Shown here piece by piece: positions 1 through 9,547 of a stretch of 64,000 bases of DNA. Position numbers and translations under genes: made by a program. Positions within the stretch are counted from its first letter, which is position 1. Each line of letters opens with the position of its first letter. Source of the DNA: Patescibacteria group bacterium (lineage in GTDB: Bacteria > Patescibacteriota > Minisyncoccia > Phycocordibacterales > PALSA-1337); the NCBI GenBank assembly GCA_028865615.1, contig JAGWJT010000001.1, positions 1,601-65,600 on the forward strand, in the 5' to 3' direction. The notes under the pieces are model-generated. The model was not told the DNA's origin. It was given only the letters and a program-made list of their open reading frames with translations, and made no database searches.

Positions 1-54
1 AAAACCGCAGACCTTGTACGAGAGGTCTTTGTGCAATATCTTTTCTGGCACGGG

Positions 55-172
55 TATATTATAATACAATTAATGCGAATCCACGAATAAGCGCACGAAT
101 GCTACAAATGAAATCGCACATATTCGTAGATTCGTACTGTGTTCATTCGTAGCATTCGCATTATATTATATT
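55..172. promoter_or_regulatory. long imperfect nested palindrome upstream of murG (arms ~55-112 and ~125-172; words taatgcgaat/attcgcatta and cgaatgctaca/tgtagcattcg)
   Basis: Read directly: inverted copies of taatgcgaat (71-80) and attcgcatta (154-163), and cgaatgctaca (96-106) vs tgtagcattcg (148-158). A related half-element recurs at 10268-10320. Confidence 0.4.
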
Positions 173-173
173 C

Positions 174-1310
174 ATGAAAATACTTTTCACAGGTGGCGGT
201 ACGGGCGGGCATTTCTATCCTATAATAGCCGTGGCCGAAGCCATGCGCGACCAAGTCAAAGCCAGGAAGATACTGTCTCCTGACATGTATTTCATGGCAC
301 CATCCCCGTACAACGCCAGCCTGCTTTTCGACAACGAGATGACGTTCGTGCGCGTACCGGCCGGCAAGGTGCGCAGATACTTCTCATTCATGAACTTCAT
401 CGACCCTATAAAGACCATATATGGATGCTTGGTCGCCATCATGAAGATGTATTCGATCTACCCGGACGTCGTCTTCGCCAAAGGCGGATACACCAGCTTC
501 CCGGCCCTTATAGCGGCCAGAATATGGCGCATACCGGTCATCATCCACGAGTCGGACTCTCATCCTGGCAGAGTGAACGCCTGGGCAGGGAAGTTCGCCA
601 GGAAGATAGCTCTGTCATACCCGTCGGCGGCAAAATATTTCGGCCCGAAAGCCCAAAACAAGATCGCCTTTACCGGCAATCCTATACGCCCCGAGGTCAT
701 GGAACCGCTCACGAACGGCGCCCATGAGTTGCTCGGCCTCGAGCAGGAAACTCCGACCATACTCGTCTTGGGCGGATCGCAAGGAGCCGCCAAGATAAAT
801 GACGCCATCATCGAGGGACTGCCGGAGCTGCTCAATAGATACCAGATCATCCATCAGACCGGCAAAACCAACTTGGAAGAGATAAAACAGACATCGTCAG
901 TCATACTCAAAGACCATCCTTACGGCTACCGCTACCATCCTTTCGATTATCTGAACGTCCTGTCATTGCGCATGTCCGCCGGAGTAGCCGACATAGTGGT
1001 TTCCAGAGCCGGGTCGACCATATTTGAGATCGCGGCTTGGGGAGTGCCGTCGATCATCATCCCATTGCCCCAATCCATAAGCCATGACCAGACCGCCAAC
1101 GCCTTTGCCTATGCGGAAACCGGAGCGGCTTCCATAATAGAGGAGAACAACCTCCACGCCCATATACTCATAGAGGAGATCGATCGGATATACGGTTCTG
1201 CGGCCATAAAACAGGCCATGAAAGAGAAAGCCAAGGCTTTTGCCAGACTAGACGCCGCCTCCGAGATAGCTTCCGCCATACTGGATATGGCACTTGAACA
1301 TGAGAAGTGA
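174..1310 (+). CDS. murG: UDP-N-acetylglucosamine--N-acetylmuramyl-(pentapeptide) pyrophosphoryl-undecaprenol N-acetylglucosamine transferase MurG
   Basis: 378 aa; N-terminal GGGTGGH motif and overall glycosyltransferase family 28 pattern; ATG at 174, TGA stop at 1308-1310. Confidence 0.9.
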   Translation: MKILFTGGGTGGHFYPIIAVAEAMRDQVKARKILSPDMYFMAPSPYNASLLFDNEMTFVRVPAGKVRRYFSFMNFIDPIKTIYGCLVAIMKMYSIYPDVVFAKGGYTSFPALIAARIWRIPVIIHESDSHPGRVNAWAGKFARKIALSYPSAAKYFGPKAQNKIAFTGNPIRPEVMEPLTNGAHELLGLEQETPTILVLGGSQGAAKINDAIIEGLPELLNRYQIIHQTGKTNLEEIKQTSSVILKDHPYGYRYHPFDYLNVLSLRMSAGVADIVVSRAGSTIFEIAAWGVPSIIIPLPQSISHDQTANAFAYAETGAASIIEENNLHAHILIEEIDRIYGSAAIKQAMKEKAKAFARLDAASEIASAILDMALEHEK

Positions 1311-1377
1311 ATTCTGTTATAATTAACGTCTAAAATCGTCGTATTTATCAAGCGTAATCTTATCAACAAACAAACAC

Positions 1378-1884
1378 ATGCAACCAAACAACGGGATCAA
1401 GACTTGGCAGTGGGTCGTCACGGTCATAGTCATCATAGTGCTCATTATCATAGGCATCATGGTCTTCGGCAACAAGGGCGCTCAAGCTCCTACGGAAACC
1501 ACTTCGTCGACCGCTCAGAACACCGGCCAGACCGGTTCCAGCGTCAACAACATAGTCATGGCCGATCAGTATCCGGGCAACGTGGCCTATCTCTCTTCCG
1601 TACAATTGGCCAATCCGGGATGGGTAGTCATACAGAAGGACAACGGCGGCACTCCCGGCGCCATCATCGGAACCGCTTATGCCAATGCCGGCATCGGTCC
1701 GGTCAAAGTCACTCTGACAGAGCCCATGGTCGACGGCGGCACTTATTACGCTTCTCTCTACACCGCAACCAACTCTACGAGCTTCAACGCCAGCGTAGAG
1801 AAAGTCCTGACGGACCAGAATGGCAATCCGATCACTCACGTATTCAAGGCTTCCACTACTGCCAGTGTGAACTTGAAGGGTTAG
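1378..1884 (+). CDS. hypothetical membrane-anchored/secreted protein
   Basis: 168 aa; N-terminal hydrophobic helix (VVTVIVIIVLIIIGIMVF) then a Thr/Ser-rich region; followed by a strong hairpin terminator. Confidence 0.55.
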   Translation: MQPNNGIKTWQWVVTVIVIIVLIIIGIMVFGNKGAQAPTETTSSTAQNTGQTGSSVNNIVMADQYPGNVAYLSSVQLANPGWVVIQKDNGGTPGAIIGTAYANAGIGPVKVTLTEPMVDGGTYYASLYTATNSTSFNASVEKVLTDQNGNPITHVFKASTTASVNLKG

Positions 1885-2023
1885 TCATGGACAAGAAACT
1901 TGTCGGATAACCTTTCCGAGTGACTGCGCAACGTGATACATCGAACGCTAGATAACCACAAAAGCACTTTGCGCAGGAACGAGGGAAGGTTACCGCAAGT
2001 TTCTTGAATGAAGTAGCCATCAA

Positions 2024-2052
2024 AAGCCGGCCTGCAAAGGCCGGCTTTTCGT
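2024..2052 (+). terminator. rho-independent terminator (agccggcc-tgcaaa-ggccggct + T-run)
   Basis: Perfect 8-bp GC stem followed by TTTTCG, between the 1378..1884 gene and gltX. Confidence 0.6.
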
Positions 2053-2066
2053 AGTATAATCTGACA

Positions 2067-3422
2067 ATGCCAACAAATGTCGTCACACGTTTCGCCCCTT
2101 CGCCGACCGGTTATTTCCATGCGGGCTCATATAGGACGGCTCTGTTCTCTTGTATATACGCCCGCCAGAATGGGGGCAAATTCATATTGCGCATAGAAGA
2201 CACGGACAAGGAGCGCTCCAAGAAAGAATACGAGGATAACATCGTAGACAGCCTGCAATGGATAGGCCTCAAATACGATGAATTCTACAGACAATCCGAT
2301 AGGACGGAGCTGTACAGAGAAAGCATCAGGCGTCTCATGGATTCGGGCCATGCATACCTTTCCAAGGAGACACCGACGGATGCAGGAGATAGGCCTGCCG
2401 GCAGGCAAAACAGGGAAGAGGTCATCCGCTTCCGCAACCCGAACAAGAAAGTCGTATTCGACGACATGATCCGTGGCAGGATCGAATTCGACACTACGGA
2501 GCTCGGCGATTTCGTCATAGCCAAAAGCATGGACGAACCCGTGTTCCACCTCGTGGTCGTAGTGGACGACGCGGATATGGGGATAACCCACATCATCCGC
2601 GGCGAGGACCACATCTCGAATACGCCCCGTCAGATCCTTATATTCGAAGCTTTGGGCGTAATGCCGCCGAAATATGCCCATATACCGCTGTTGCTTTCCG
2701 GAGACCGTTCCAAGCTCTCCAAGAGGCATGGTGCGGTGCCTATAACCGAATACCGGAGCAGAGGCTATTTGCCGGAAGCGGTGGTCAATTATTTAGCCTT
2801 GCTCGGCTGGCACCCATCCGATGACAAGGAGATCATGTCTTTCGACGAGATAGTGGGAGCATTCAGTCTGGATCGTGTCCAGAAGTCCGGAGCTATATTC
2901 GACGAGGAGAAGCTCAAATGGTTCAACAAACAGTACTTGAACCGGATGTCAGACGAGCGCTTCACCGAGGCGGCTATGCCATTTGTGCCGGATTGGCTGA
3001 CTACCGGAAGCATGTTGTTCGCCCGTTTGAGTCCCATCATCAAGGAAAAGATAAGCTGCCTGTCGGATATCGCCGGCTTGTTCGCCGGCGGCGGCGAACT
3101 GGCCTTTGTGCACGCGATCGGCCCATACGATCCGTCGATGCTCCTATGGAAGAAAGAGCCCGACAGATCGGCTTCATTGAGACACCTAAATGCGGTCCGA
3201 GACCTGATATCGGGCCTATCCGAAGAAGGATTGACCGCCGACGGTTTGAAGTCCGCCATATGGCCTTATGCCGAAGCCAACGGCCGAGGCAACGTCCTCT
3301 GGCCATTGCGCGTAGCCTTGACCGGCCAAGAAAGATCGCCTGATCCGTTCGTGTGCGCATATATCATAGGCAAGGAAGAATCGCTCAAAAGGATCGATGA
3401 TGCGATCAGTGTATTGGGCTAG
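2067..3422 (+). CDS. gltX: glutamyl-tRNA synthetase
   Basis: 451 aa; class I aaRS with RFAPSPTGYFHAG (HIGH-type) near the N-terminus and KLSKR (KMSKS); GluRS-like throughout. Confidence 0.9.
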   Translation: MPTNVVTRFAPSPTGYFHAGSYRTALFSCIYARQNGGKFILRIEDTDKERSKKEYEDNIVDSLQWIGLKYDEFYRQSDRTELYRESIRRLMDSGHAYLSKETPTDAGDRPAGRQNREEVIRFRNPNKKVVFDDMIRGRIEFDTTELGDFVIAKSMDEPVFHLVVVVDDADMGITHIIRGEDHISNTPRQILIFEALGVMPPKYAHIPLLLSGDRSKLSKRHGAVPITEYRSRGYLPEAVVNYLALLGWHPSDDKEIMSFDEIVGAFSLDRVQKSGAIFDEEKLKWFNKQYLNRMSDERFTEAAMPFVPDWLTTGSMLFARLSPIIKEKISCLSDIAGLFAGGGELAFVHAIGPYDPSMLLWKKEPDRSASLRHLNAVRDLISGLSEEGLTADGLKSAIWPYAEANGRGNVLWPLRVALTGQERSPDPFVCAYIIGKEESLKRIDDAISVLG

Positions 3423-3425
3423 CGC

Positions 3426-3809
3426 TTGTGGATATGTCCACGGGAATTGTGTCGAGCTATAAGGTATAATTCATCTATGAAAATTTCGCGGCCGGCAGGG
3501 GAGAGGGGCCTGATAAAGATGATAGTCATCATCGTCGTTGCCCTGCTTGTGCTCAGCTATTTCGGCATCAACCTGCGCAACCTAGTCAGCTCTCCGACCA
3601 ACCAGGACAATGTGACCTATATCGCTTCTACAACCGTGAGCATCTGGGACAGCTATCTCAAGGTGCCGGCGGGCTTCGCCTGGGACATATTTGTGAACTA
3701 TATATGGGACCCGGCATTCCAAGGGCTTGTAGACCTGAAGAACGGCAGGCCCACGCCAAGCGTCTCCAGCTCTTCGCCGGCTTTGCCCACGCCTCCGGCA
3801 GTGCAGTAG
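3426..3809 (+). CDS. hypothetical small membrane protein (start uncertain; possible start at the MKISRPAG Met)
   Basis: Contains the TM segment MIVIIVVALLVLSYFG; no recognisable domain. Confidence 0.4.
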   Translation: MWICPRELCRAIRYNSSMKISRPAGERGLIKMIVIIVVALLVLSYFGINLRNLVSSPTNQDNVTYIASTTVSIWDSYLKVPAGFAWDIFVNYIWDPAFQGLVDLKNGRPTPSVSSSSPALPTPPAVQ

Positions 3810-4128
3810 CCCTCTTGGCAATCGCCACCCGATTTCTGTCCCAGCAGTACTGTAAACTGTAATGCGAATCAATCTAACTTGTGCCGCTCAATTTCGCACA
3901 AGTTTTGAATGATCGGCCTAAAAGCCTTGATATGCCTAGTATACACCATTTTCTTGTAGCGCAATATGTTCATACAATAAAAATGGGGATAACGATTTAT
4001 GCAATATATCGATTTGACTGTCCATAGCGGCATATGGTAGGGTGTGGGCCGCTAAATAGCGCGACTTTACGCTTGTGCGTAAGGTTCTTGAAAACTGAAA
4101 AAACAACAAAAACAGTATTGAAAGACCT

Positions 4129-6933
4129 ATGAAAAGTATATTCTCGAAACTCACGGGAGGGCTAGTGGCCCTCGTTATCGTTATAGCAGCTTGGTCAAGT
4201 TATGGCCAGACAGCGACAACGACAAAAACAACGACTCAACAAACGGCCAAGCAAGTCTTGGACGGCATCTACTACGATGCAGCACACAACGGCATTCCAT
4301 TGTCTATGTATCCTCCATCGTATCTGGATTACCTCAAATCGCTTGGGAATAGTCCTTATCCGCCACCGGCCAAAAACACAACGACTACCCAAAACGGCAG
4401 TCTCCAACCCCTCGGCAGTCCCTTAGGAGGTCAGCAGTCAGGGCCACCTATGTATCAGTTGATTGATATTGGGACATCACTTAGTAATCAGGGCTACATA
4501 AACAGTATCGCCTATGACATCAACAACGTTGGACAGGTCGTAGGAGATTCGTCTGAAAATTCTGGATATCCATCTTATGGAGCTTTCGTATACCAAAATG
4601 ATTCAGTGCAGATTCTGAATGATCTCGATGGCAATAGTGATGATGACAGTGTTTTTGGTATCAACGATAGCGGCCAAATTGTCGGAGATGCGATTGGCAC
4701 AGACAGGAAACAGCACGCGATCATATATTCAAACGGTCAGATGCAAGTCATAGATGACACCGAGTCCGGTATCGCCTATGGCAGTGCCACTGCGATAAAT
4801 AACAAAGGCAGGGTTGTCGGTAATCTCACCATGAGTGGGACATTCGAATCTCACATGTTTGTCTATGACAATGGTTCGATGCAGGATCTGGGAAACCTCG
4901 GTATGGTCGGTGTCTATGCCGACGATATCAACGATAATTCCATTATCGTCGGTTATGCCTCCGGTGATAACTATACATCGTATGCCTTCTCATACTCAGG
5001 CGGGGTAGTCAATGACATTAATACGTTGGGAGGTAGCTCCAGCTTCGCTCTGGGGATAAACAATAATAACCAGATAGTGGGCAGAGCGTATACATTAAAC
5101 GACATGGCGGTTCACGGTTTTGTTTATACAGACGGAAGCGTGCTTGACCTAGGAGATCCGATTGCAGATCCTGATTATAATGACTATAGCGAAGCATGGG
5201 GTATAAATGACAACGGTGATGTAGTTGGTTATGCCACGACAGATAAGGACGCCCACGACAATCACGCTTTCATCTATACGGGCGGGACTATGTATGATCT
5301 CAATAAGTTGATGCTGAACCCGGAATCCGGCTGGATGCTTGCACAGGCGAATGCGATTAACAATGCCGGGCAAATAGTAGGTTATGAGACAAATCCGCAG
5401 GGACAGTATCATGCATTCTTGTTGAACCCGTTGCCAGACGGATCAGCCACGGCATTGGAAACCGATCAGACAACCACTCCTTCATACGGCAACACGCCCG
5501 TGAAGAATCCTTCGGATAGCGGTCTCGTAGTCATCACTCACGGCTGGACGCATACGGAATCCCAGAGCATGCCGACTGATGTCCCGTGGGTAGACACCAT
5601 ATCAAACATGGTAGTCCAGCGACTGGTATCAGACGGAGTCTCCGGTTGGCAGGTGTTCGGATACAAGTGGCCGGCGGCTTCGTATACGGTTCTACCGGAT
5701 CAGTCCCTGAACAATGCAAAACAGCAAGGCGAGCTCCTTGGTTTGAGCATAGTGGCCGGTGGTTGGACGAAGGTTCACCTCATCGCCCACAGCGCCGGAG
5801 CGGGACTCATAGAGCGGTGCTCTGAAATCATCCGGCAATACGCACCGAATACCGTCATCCAGTGCACGTTCCTCGACCCATACATGGGTTCAGACGGCAG
5901 CGGCTATGCCACATACGGCCAAGCCGCCGATTGGTCTGACTGCTACTACAACAGGGATGCTGAAACCGGGAGCAAGACGGAAGGCTCTCTAGCAAACGCT
6001 TACAACGCCGACATCACACAGTTGGACGATCTGGACAGGGTCAGCGTCCACTACTATATCCCTGGCATCATAAATTCGTCATGCTACAAGACCGTAGCCA
6101 CCCACTTCTGGCCGGTGATGTTCTACTCGAACACCATAGCTGGGACGGTGACATCGGACTATCAAGCATTCGGATACACCTTGAGCCAGGAAGAGGGTAC
6201 GTTCAATAATGCCAAGACGACCTACCAGAAAGGCAACGATCCGGCCCAAGTATTGGGCACTCCAGATCCATCATGCAGCCAAAGCTTCATGTTCGCCGGT
6301 CTGGATACAGTGTCGGGCATCCAAAATCTGTTGCCGACGGTATACTACAGCACGACAGGGACTATCGATGCTTTGGGAAACTGGGCATACCAGTTGTTTG
6401 ATCCTCCGGGCGCTCCGGTATGGCTCGGCATAGTCGTGATACCCACGAACTCTGTGAATGTAGTGTCGTTCGATGCCAAATTCACCAGTGCTTCCGGTTC
6501 TCACGGTCTCTTGTCTGTCTATTGGGACACGGATGTCATCGGATTGGTAGACGAACCAGCTGTTGAGCCAGGAATAAACCATTACAGCATGGCTATCACG
6601 GCTGCTCCCTCGACGACCAGCCACGTCATCGGTTTCCATCTCGATCCGTTCACGAGCGCGCAATCCAGTATCATTGTGACCAATATCGCCTTGGAAGCCA
6701 ACGGAGTAACCCAGAAACCTGTCCTGTCCGTCACGACGAACACGCTCAACGGCTCTCTTGTCTATCAACTGACGGGACAGCCAGCAGAATACACCATACA
6801 GGCTTCGACCAACCTGGCTTCGACCGATTGGCAAAACATCGCTATAGCGTCCGCCACGAACGGAGTCGTGAACTTCGTTGACACAGGTTCGACGAATTGT
6901 CCGTTCCGTTTCTATCGGGCGGTGTCGCAATGA
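4129..6933 (+). CDS. large secreted protein: signal peptide, multiple HAF-family extracellular repeats (N-x-G-Q/D-V/I-VG), lipase-like alpha/beta-hydrolase domain (ITHGW oxyanion region, A-H-S-A-G nucleophile elbow), C-terminal beta-rich module
   Basis: 934 aa; N-terminal MKSIFSKLTGGLVALVIVIAAWSS; at least 8 repeats ending in VVG/IVG (INNVGQVVGDS, INDSGQIVGDA, INNKGRVVGNL, INDNGDVVGYA, INNAGQIVGYE); HLIAHSAGAGL matches the Bacillus-lipase-type AxSxG. Confidence 0.75.
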   Translation: MKSIFSKLTGGLVALVIVIAAWSSYGQTATTTKTTTQQTAKQVLDGIYYDAAHNGIPLSMYPPSYLDYLKSLGNSPYPPPAKNTTTTQNGSLQPLGSPLGGQQSGPPMYQLIDIGTSLSNQGYINSIAYDINNVGQVVGDSSENSGYPSYGAFVYQNDSVQILNDLDGNSDDDSVFGINDSGQIVGDAIGTDRKQHAIIYSNGQMQVIDDTESGIAYGSATAINNKGRVVGNLTMSGTFESHMFVYDNGSMQDLGNLGMVGVYADDINDNSIIVGYASGDNYTSYAFSYSGGVVNDINTLGGSSSFALGINNNNQIVGRAYTLNDMAVHGFVYTDGSVLDLGDPIADPDYNDYSEAWGINDNGDVVGYATTDKDAHDNHAFIYTGGTMYDLNKLMLNPESGWMLAQANAINNAGQIVGYETNPQGQYHAFLLNPLPDGSATALETDQTTTPSYGNTPVKNPSDSGLVVITHGWTHTESQSMPTDVPWVDTISNMVVQRLVSDGVSGWQVFGYKWPAASYTVLPDQSLNNAKQQGELLGLSIVAGGWTKVHLIAHSAGAGLIERCSEIIRQYAPNTVIQCTFLDPYMGSDGSGYATYGQAADWSDCYYNRDAETGSKTEGSLANAYNADITQLDDLDRVSVHYYIPGIINSSCYKTVATHFWPVMFYSNTIAGTVTSDYQAFGYTLSQEEGTFNNAKTTYQKGNDPAQVLGTPDPSCSQSFMFAGLDTVSGIQNLLPTVYYSTTGTIDALGNWAYQLFDPPGAPVWLGIVVIPTNSVNVVSFDAKFTSASGSHGLLSVYWDTDVIGLVDEPAVEPGINHYSMAITAAPSTTSHVIGFHLDPFTSAQSSIIVTNIALEANGVTQKPVLSVTTNTLNGSLVYQLTGQPAEYTIQASTNLASTDWQNIAIASATNGVVNFVDTGSTNCPFRFYRAVSQ

Positions 6934-6972
6934 CGACTGTTTAACGGCTCTTTGATATCACAAGCTTGCTCT

Positions 6973-7428
6973 CTAGGGCAAGCTCTTTTTGTCTGATCGT
7001 ATTACCAATCTTACGATTCGGATTATCCATCTTACGATCACAAATGCCATAAACACAATAAGACCTAGTGCCAATAAACCAGACAGAGTAGAGCCCACAC
7101 TATTACTGGAAAAACCAAAACCTAGACCGACCATTAGATCTACAATAAATAGATATAGTATACCTATTATCATTAACAGATTTCCTATCCAAAAGGATTC
7201 TTTCTTACGATCACTTATAAAAGCAGAAATAATCCCAATGACAATAAGTACTACTTTTATTGGTAATGAATACCCAGCTGATATATAAAACGGCAAGATC
7301 ACCGGGAATATCCAGTAGGAAAATATAATCATCAGAACATAAAAACACATAGCAATCAAAGCATACGGTTTTTTCATAGCATTTTTAAGGTTACAATCTA
7401 ATATCATTTGTATCTTCATATAACTCAC
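6973..7428 (-). CDS. hypothetical polytopic membrane protein
   Basis: 151 aa with ~4 predicted TM helices, in an AT-rich stretch (approx 6950-8700). Confidence 0.5.
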   Translation of the reverse strand: MSYMKIQMILDCNLKNAMKKPYALIAMCFYVLMIIFSYWIFPVILPFYISAGYSLPIKVVLIVIGIISAFISDRKKESFWIGNLLMIIGILYLFIVDLMVGLGFGFSSNSVGSTLSGLLALGLIVFMAFVIVRWIIRIVRLVIRSDKKSLP

Positions 7429-7584
7429 AGTGTTAAGTATACATTATTAACAGAATATTTCGTACAATACATGTGCATATCGTTGGTTCTTTGCAAGTTT
7501 ACACAGAGCCCATCGAAAGATGAGCTCTTTTTAATACCATTCTATGCAAATCCCAAATCATGCATTAATATCCAAAACGGGTAA

Positions 7585-7767
7585 CTACTCAATTTGCAAA
7601 AATATACCACATATAAGTAAGACAATGACTAATACCAGTAAAATGATTGTCGAGGAGAAGAACAATTCTGATATATGGACAATTGGCGAATTTATCGAAG
7701 TATAAGCAAACAAGATCGCAAGAAGATAGAAAACAGATGAAAATATGGTGTTCTTATATTTTTTCAT
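7585..7767 (-). CDS. small membrane peptide; truncated paralog of the N-terminus of the 7839..8507 protein
   Basis: 60 aa starting MKKYKNTIFSSVFYLLAILFAYTS, vs MKKYKRLLLSTILLILALSTAYF in the neighbour; the upstream DNA (catggtt(a/t)a-ttaa-taactaatacta) is also duplicated. Confidence 0.35.
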   Translation of the reverse strand: MKKYKNTIFSSVFYLLAILFAYTSINSPIVHISELFFSSTIILLVLVIVLLICGIFLQIE

Positions 7768-7838
7768 GGTTATTTATTAAGTAACTAATACTAATTCGAT
7801 CGATAATGGATATCTGTGTAAAGTTGTTATGAGCTTTT

Positions 7839-8507
7839 TTATATGAATTTAATAGTCTGGACAATTTGATCCATCTGGCTGACTATAGAGCGATCATAAT
7901 CTGATGCTGTAACATTATTCGATAGTTGATAATCAATTGTATATGCCATTCCATTATTTATTAGCCAGTTACTTACAGGAGTAAACCTTGACGTATCATT
8001 AAACCCGGAATGATCAGATGACGAAAGTACTGGCCTTAAGAAGGTGAAATTGAAGTATGGAGCATCTGAACCCTCCCCGTTGACCAACGGATTGATATCG
8101 CGCCATGCTTTATGATTATCAATGTTCAAGCTTACAACCACATAAGGGGATAGCCTGGTGTTTAAATCATATGTTTGCTGTCCCGCAGCAGCCCCGCAAT
8201 GCTGAAGACTACAGATCTGGACCGTTATGACATAACCATTCTTACTCAATACCAGATTGTTGACGTTAGTCGAAGTTAATTCTTTTATTGACCAACCGGC
8301 AGGGTATTTGAGACTTATACCATATTGACTGTCACTGAAAGTCTGCCAACCGGTAATATTGGATGCCTGTGTTGTGCTCGGTGTTGGGTTAGATGACACT
8401 CCTGTAGTCTGGTTATTAAATTTATTTAGAGTAAACAAGAAATACGCAGTGCTTAGCGCTAAAATAAGTAATATGGTTGACAACAAGAGACGCTTATATT
8501 TTTTCAT
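7839..8507 (-). CDS. hypothetical secreted protein (N-terminal signal-anchor)
   Basis: 222 aa; MKKYKRLLLSTILLILALSTAYF then a Thr/Ser-rich mature part; no recognisable domain. Confidence 0.55.
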   Translation of the reverse strand: MKKYKRLLLSTILLILALSTAYFLFTLNKFNNQTTGVSSNPTPSTTQASNITGWQTFSDSQYGISLKYPAGWSIKELTSTNVNNLVLSKNGYVITVQICSLQHCGAAAGQQTYDLNTRLSPYVVVSLNIDNHKAWRDINPLVNGEGSDAPYFNFTFLRPVLSSSDHSGFNDTSRFTPVSNWLINNGMAYTIDYQLSNNVTASDYDRSIVSQMDQIVQTIKFI

Positions 8508-8641
8508 GGTTTAATTAACTAATACTACGATGAATAGTGTAGCATCTGACTGGCAAGACAAAAAGAGATCCTCTCCTGGAGAATATTTGAATCGTAATCA
8601 ATGTATATTGTGCGACATTGCATATCAGGCATTTATTCTTG

Positions 8642-8664
8642 AATATATCTTACAAGATATATTG
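8642..8664. promoter_or_regulatory. perfect 10-bp inverted repeat AATATATCTT-aca-AAGATATATT upstream of the 7839..8507 gene (candidate operator)
   Basis: Read directly from the sequence; sits in the promoter region between 8507 and 8752. Confidence 0.3.
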
Positions 8665-8712
8665 GATTAAACAGACAGCACTTACCCTCTCCCCCGCCTC
8701 AGACACCAAAAG

Positions 8713-8747
8713 GCCGCCCTGAAAAATGGGCGGCCTTTTGTAATATG
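8713..8747. terminator. bidirectional intrinsic terminator (aaaaggccgccc-tgaaaaat-gggcggcctttt)
   Basis: GC-rich stem flanked by A-run and T-run, immediately after the stop of the 8752..9222 minus-strand gene. Confidence 0.6.
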
Positions 8748-8751
8748 ACTA

Positions 8752-9222
8752 TCACTTCCTTGCCAAGCTATCACCCGAAGACCAGCACTTTTCCGATGAA
8801 GACCAAGGATCGGTGCCATACTTCTGGTAGAGATACTTGCCGAAAGCCACGTTGCCCTGGAGCGTATACAGGTCGTCCCCGAGCCTCTTTGCCTCATCGG
8901 CATGATAATACTCGTTGATCTGCATAACTCCCACGTCCCCGTGATTGACCTTGCCCCTGACGACTGCACCGTCCTTGTCGAACTGACGGAAGGTCGACTC
9001 GCAGAAAGCTACGTCGATCAATATAGGCTCATCGGCATAAGCGCCGCGTACATAGGCTTCCACCTCGTTGGCGCTTTCGGTATCGCTCACAGCTTGGCCG
9101 GATGTCGTCGCCTGGCCGTTGTTTGTGGCCGGCGCGACGGCGTTCATGGCGGCGGCATTGGCTTGTCCCGCTCCGTAGAGCGAAGACAAGAGGAATACCG
9201 CGCCGGTAGCTGCTTCTATCAT
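8752..9222 (-). CDS. secreted lysozyme-like / lytic transglycosylase (SLT) domain protein
   Basis: 156 aa; signal peptide; CESTFRQ (catalytic Glu-Ser) and GDVGVMQIN match the SLT E-S ... G-L-M-Q motifs. Confidence 0.55.
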   Translation of the reverse strand: MIEAATGAVFLLSSLYGAGQANAAAMNAVAPATNNGQATTSGQAVSDTESANEVEAYVRGAYADEPILIDVAFCESTFRQFDKDGAVVRGKVNHGDVGVMQINEYYHADEAKRLGDDLYTLQGNVAFGKYLYQKYGTDPWSSSEKCWSSGDSLARK

Positions 9223-9547
9223 GTTTTTTGAAATAACGGATAAACTTCATTTCGACTTCGACTCGAATGTCGTATCCGCAAGCGGCCACGCATCCTCGTT
9301 CGTCGAAATAAAAAAACGACCGTGCAATCATGAGATTACCTGTCGCCTTTTGTAAAACAAGTATAGCAAATCTATGTTTATAAGTCAATACCCTTCATGG
9401 TATAAAATGGCTCAACAAGGCCATATTTTGTGCATAAAAAACCCTTATTTTGAGCCATTTTTGGGAGGTTGCACAAAAATACGCCTTATGTTAAGGTTAT
9501 TTGGCATTCGATTTTGCATTTTAATTTTTTAGTTTTAACCTAATCAC

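Noticed and set aside
1404-1910. 168-aa His/Arg-rich + strand ORF and the 158-aa antisense ORF 1363..1839
   Set aside because: Both overlap the 1378..1884 gene in alternative frames. Arg/His-rich low-complexity translation of this kind is typical of wrong-frame reading of GC-rich coding DNA.
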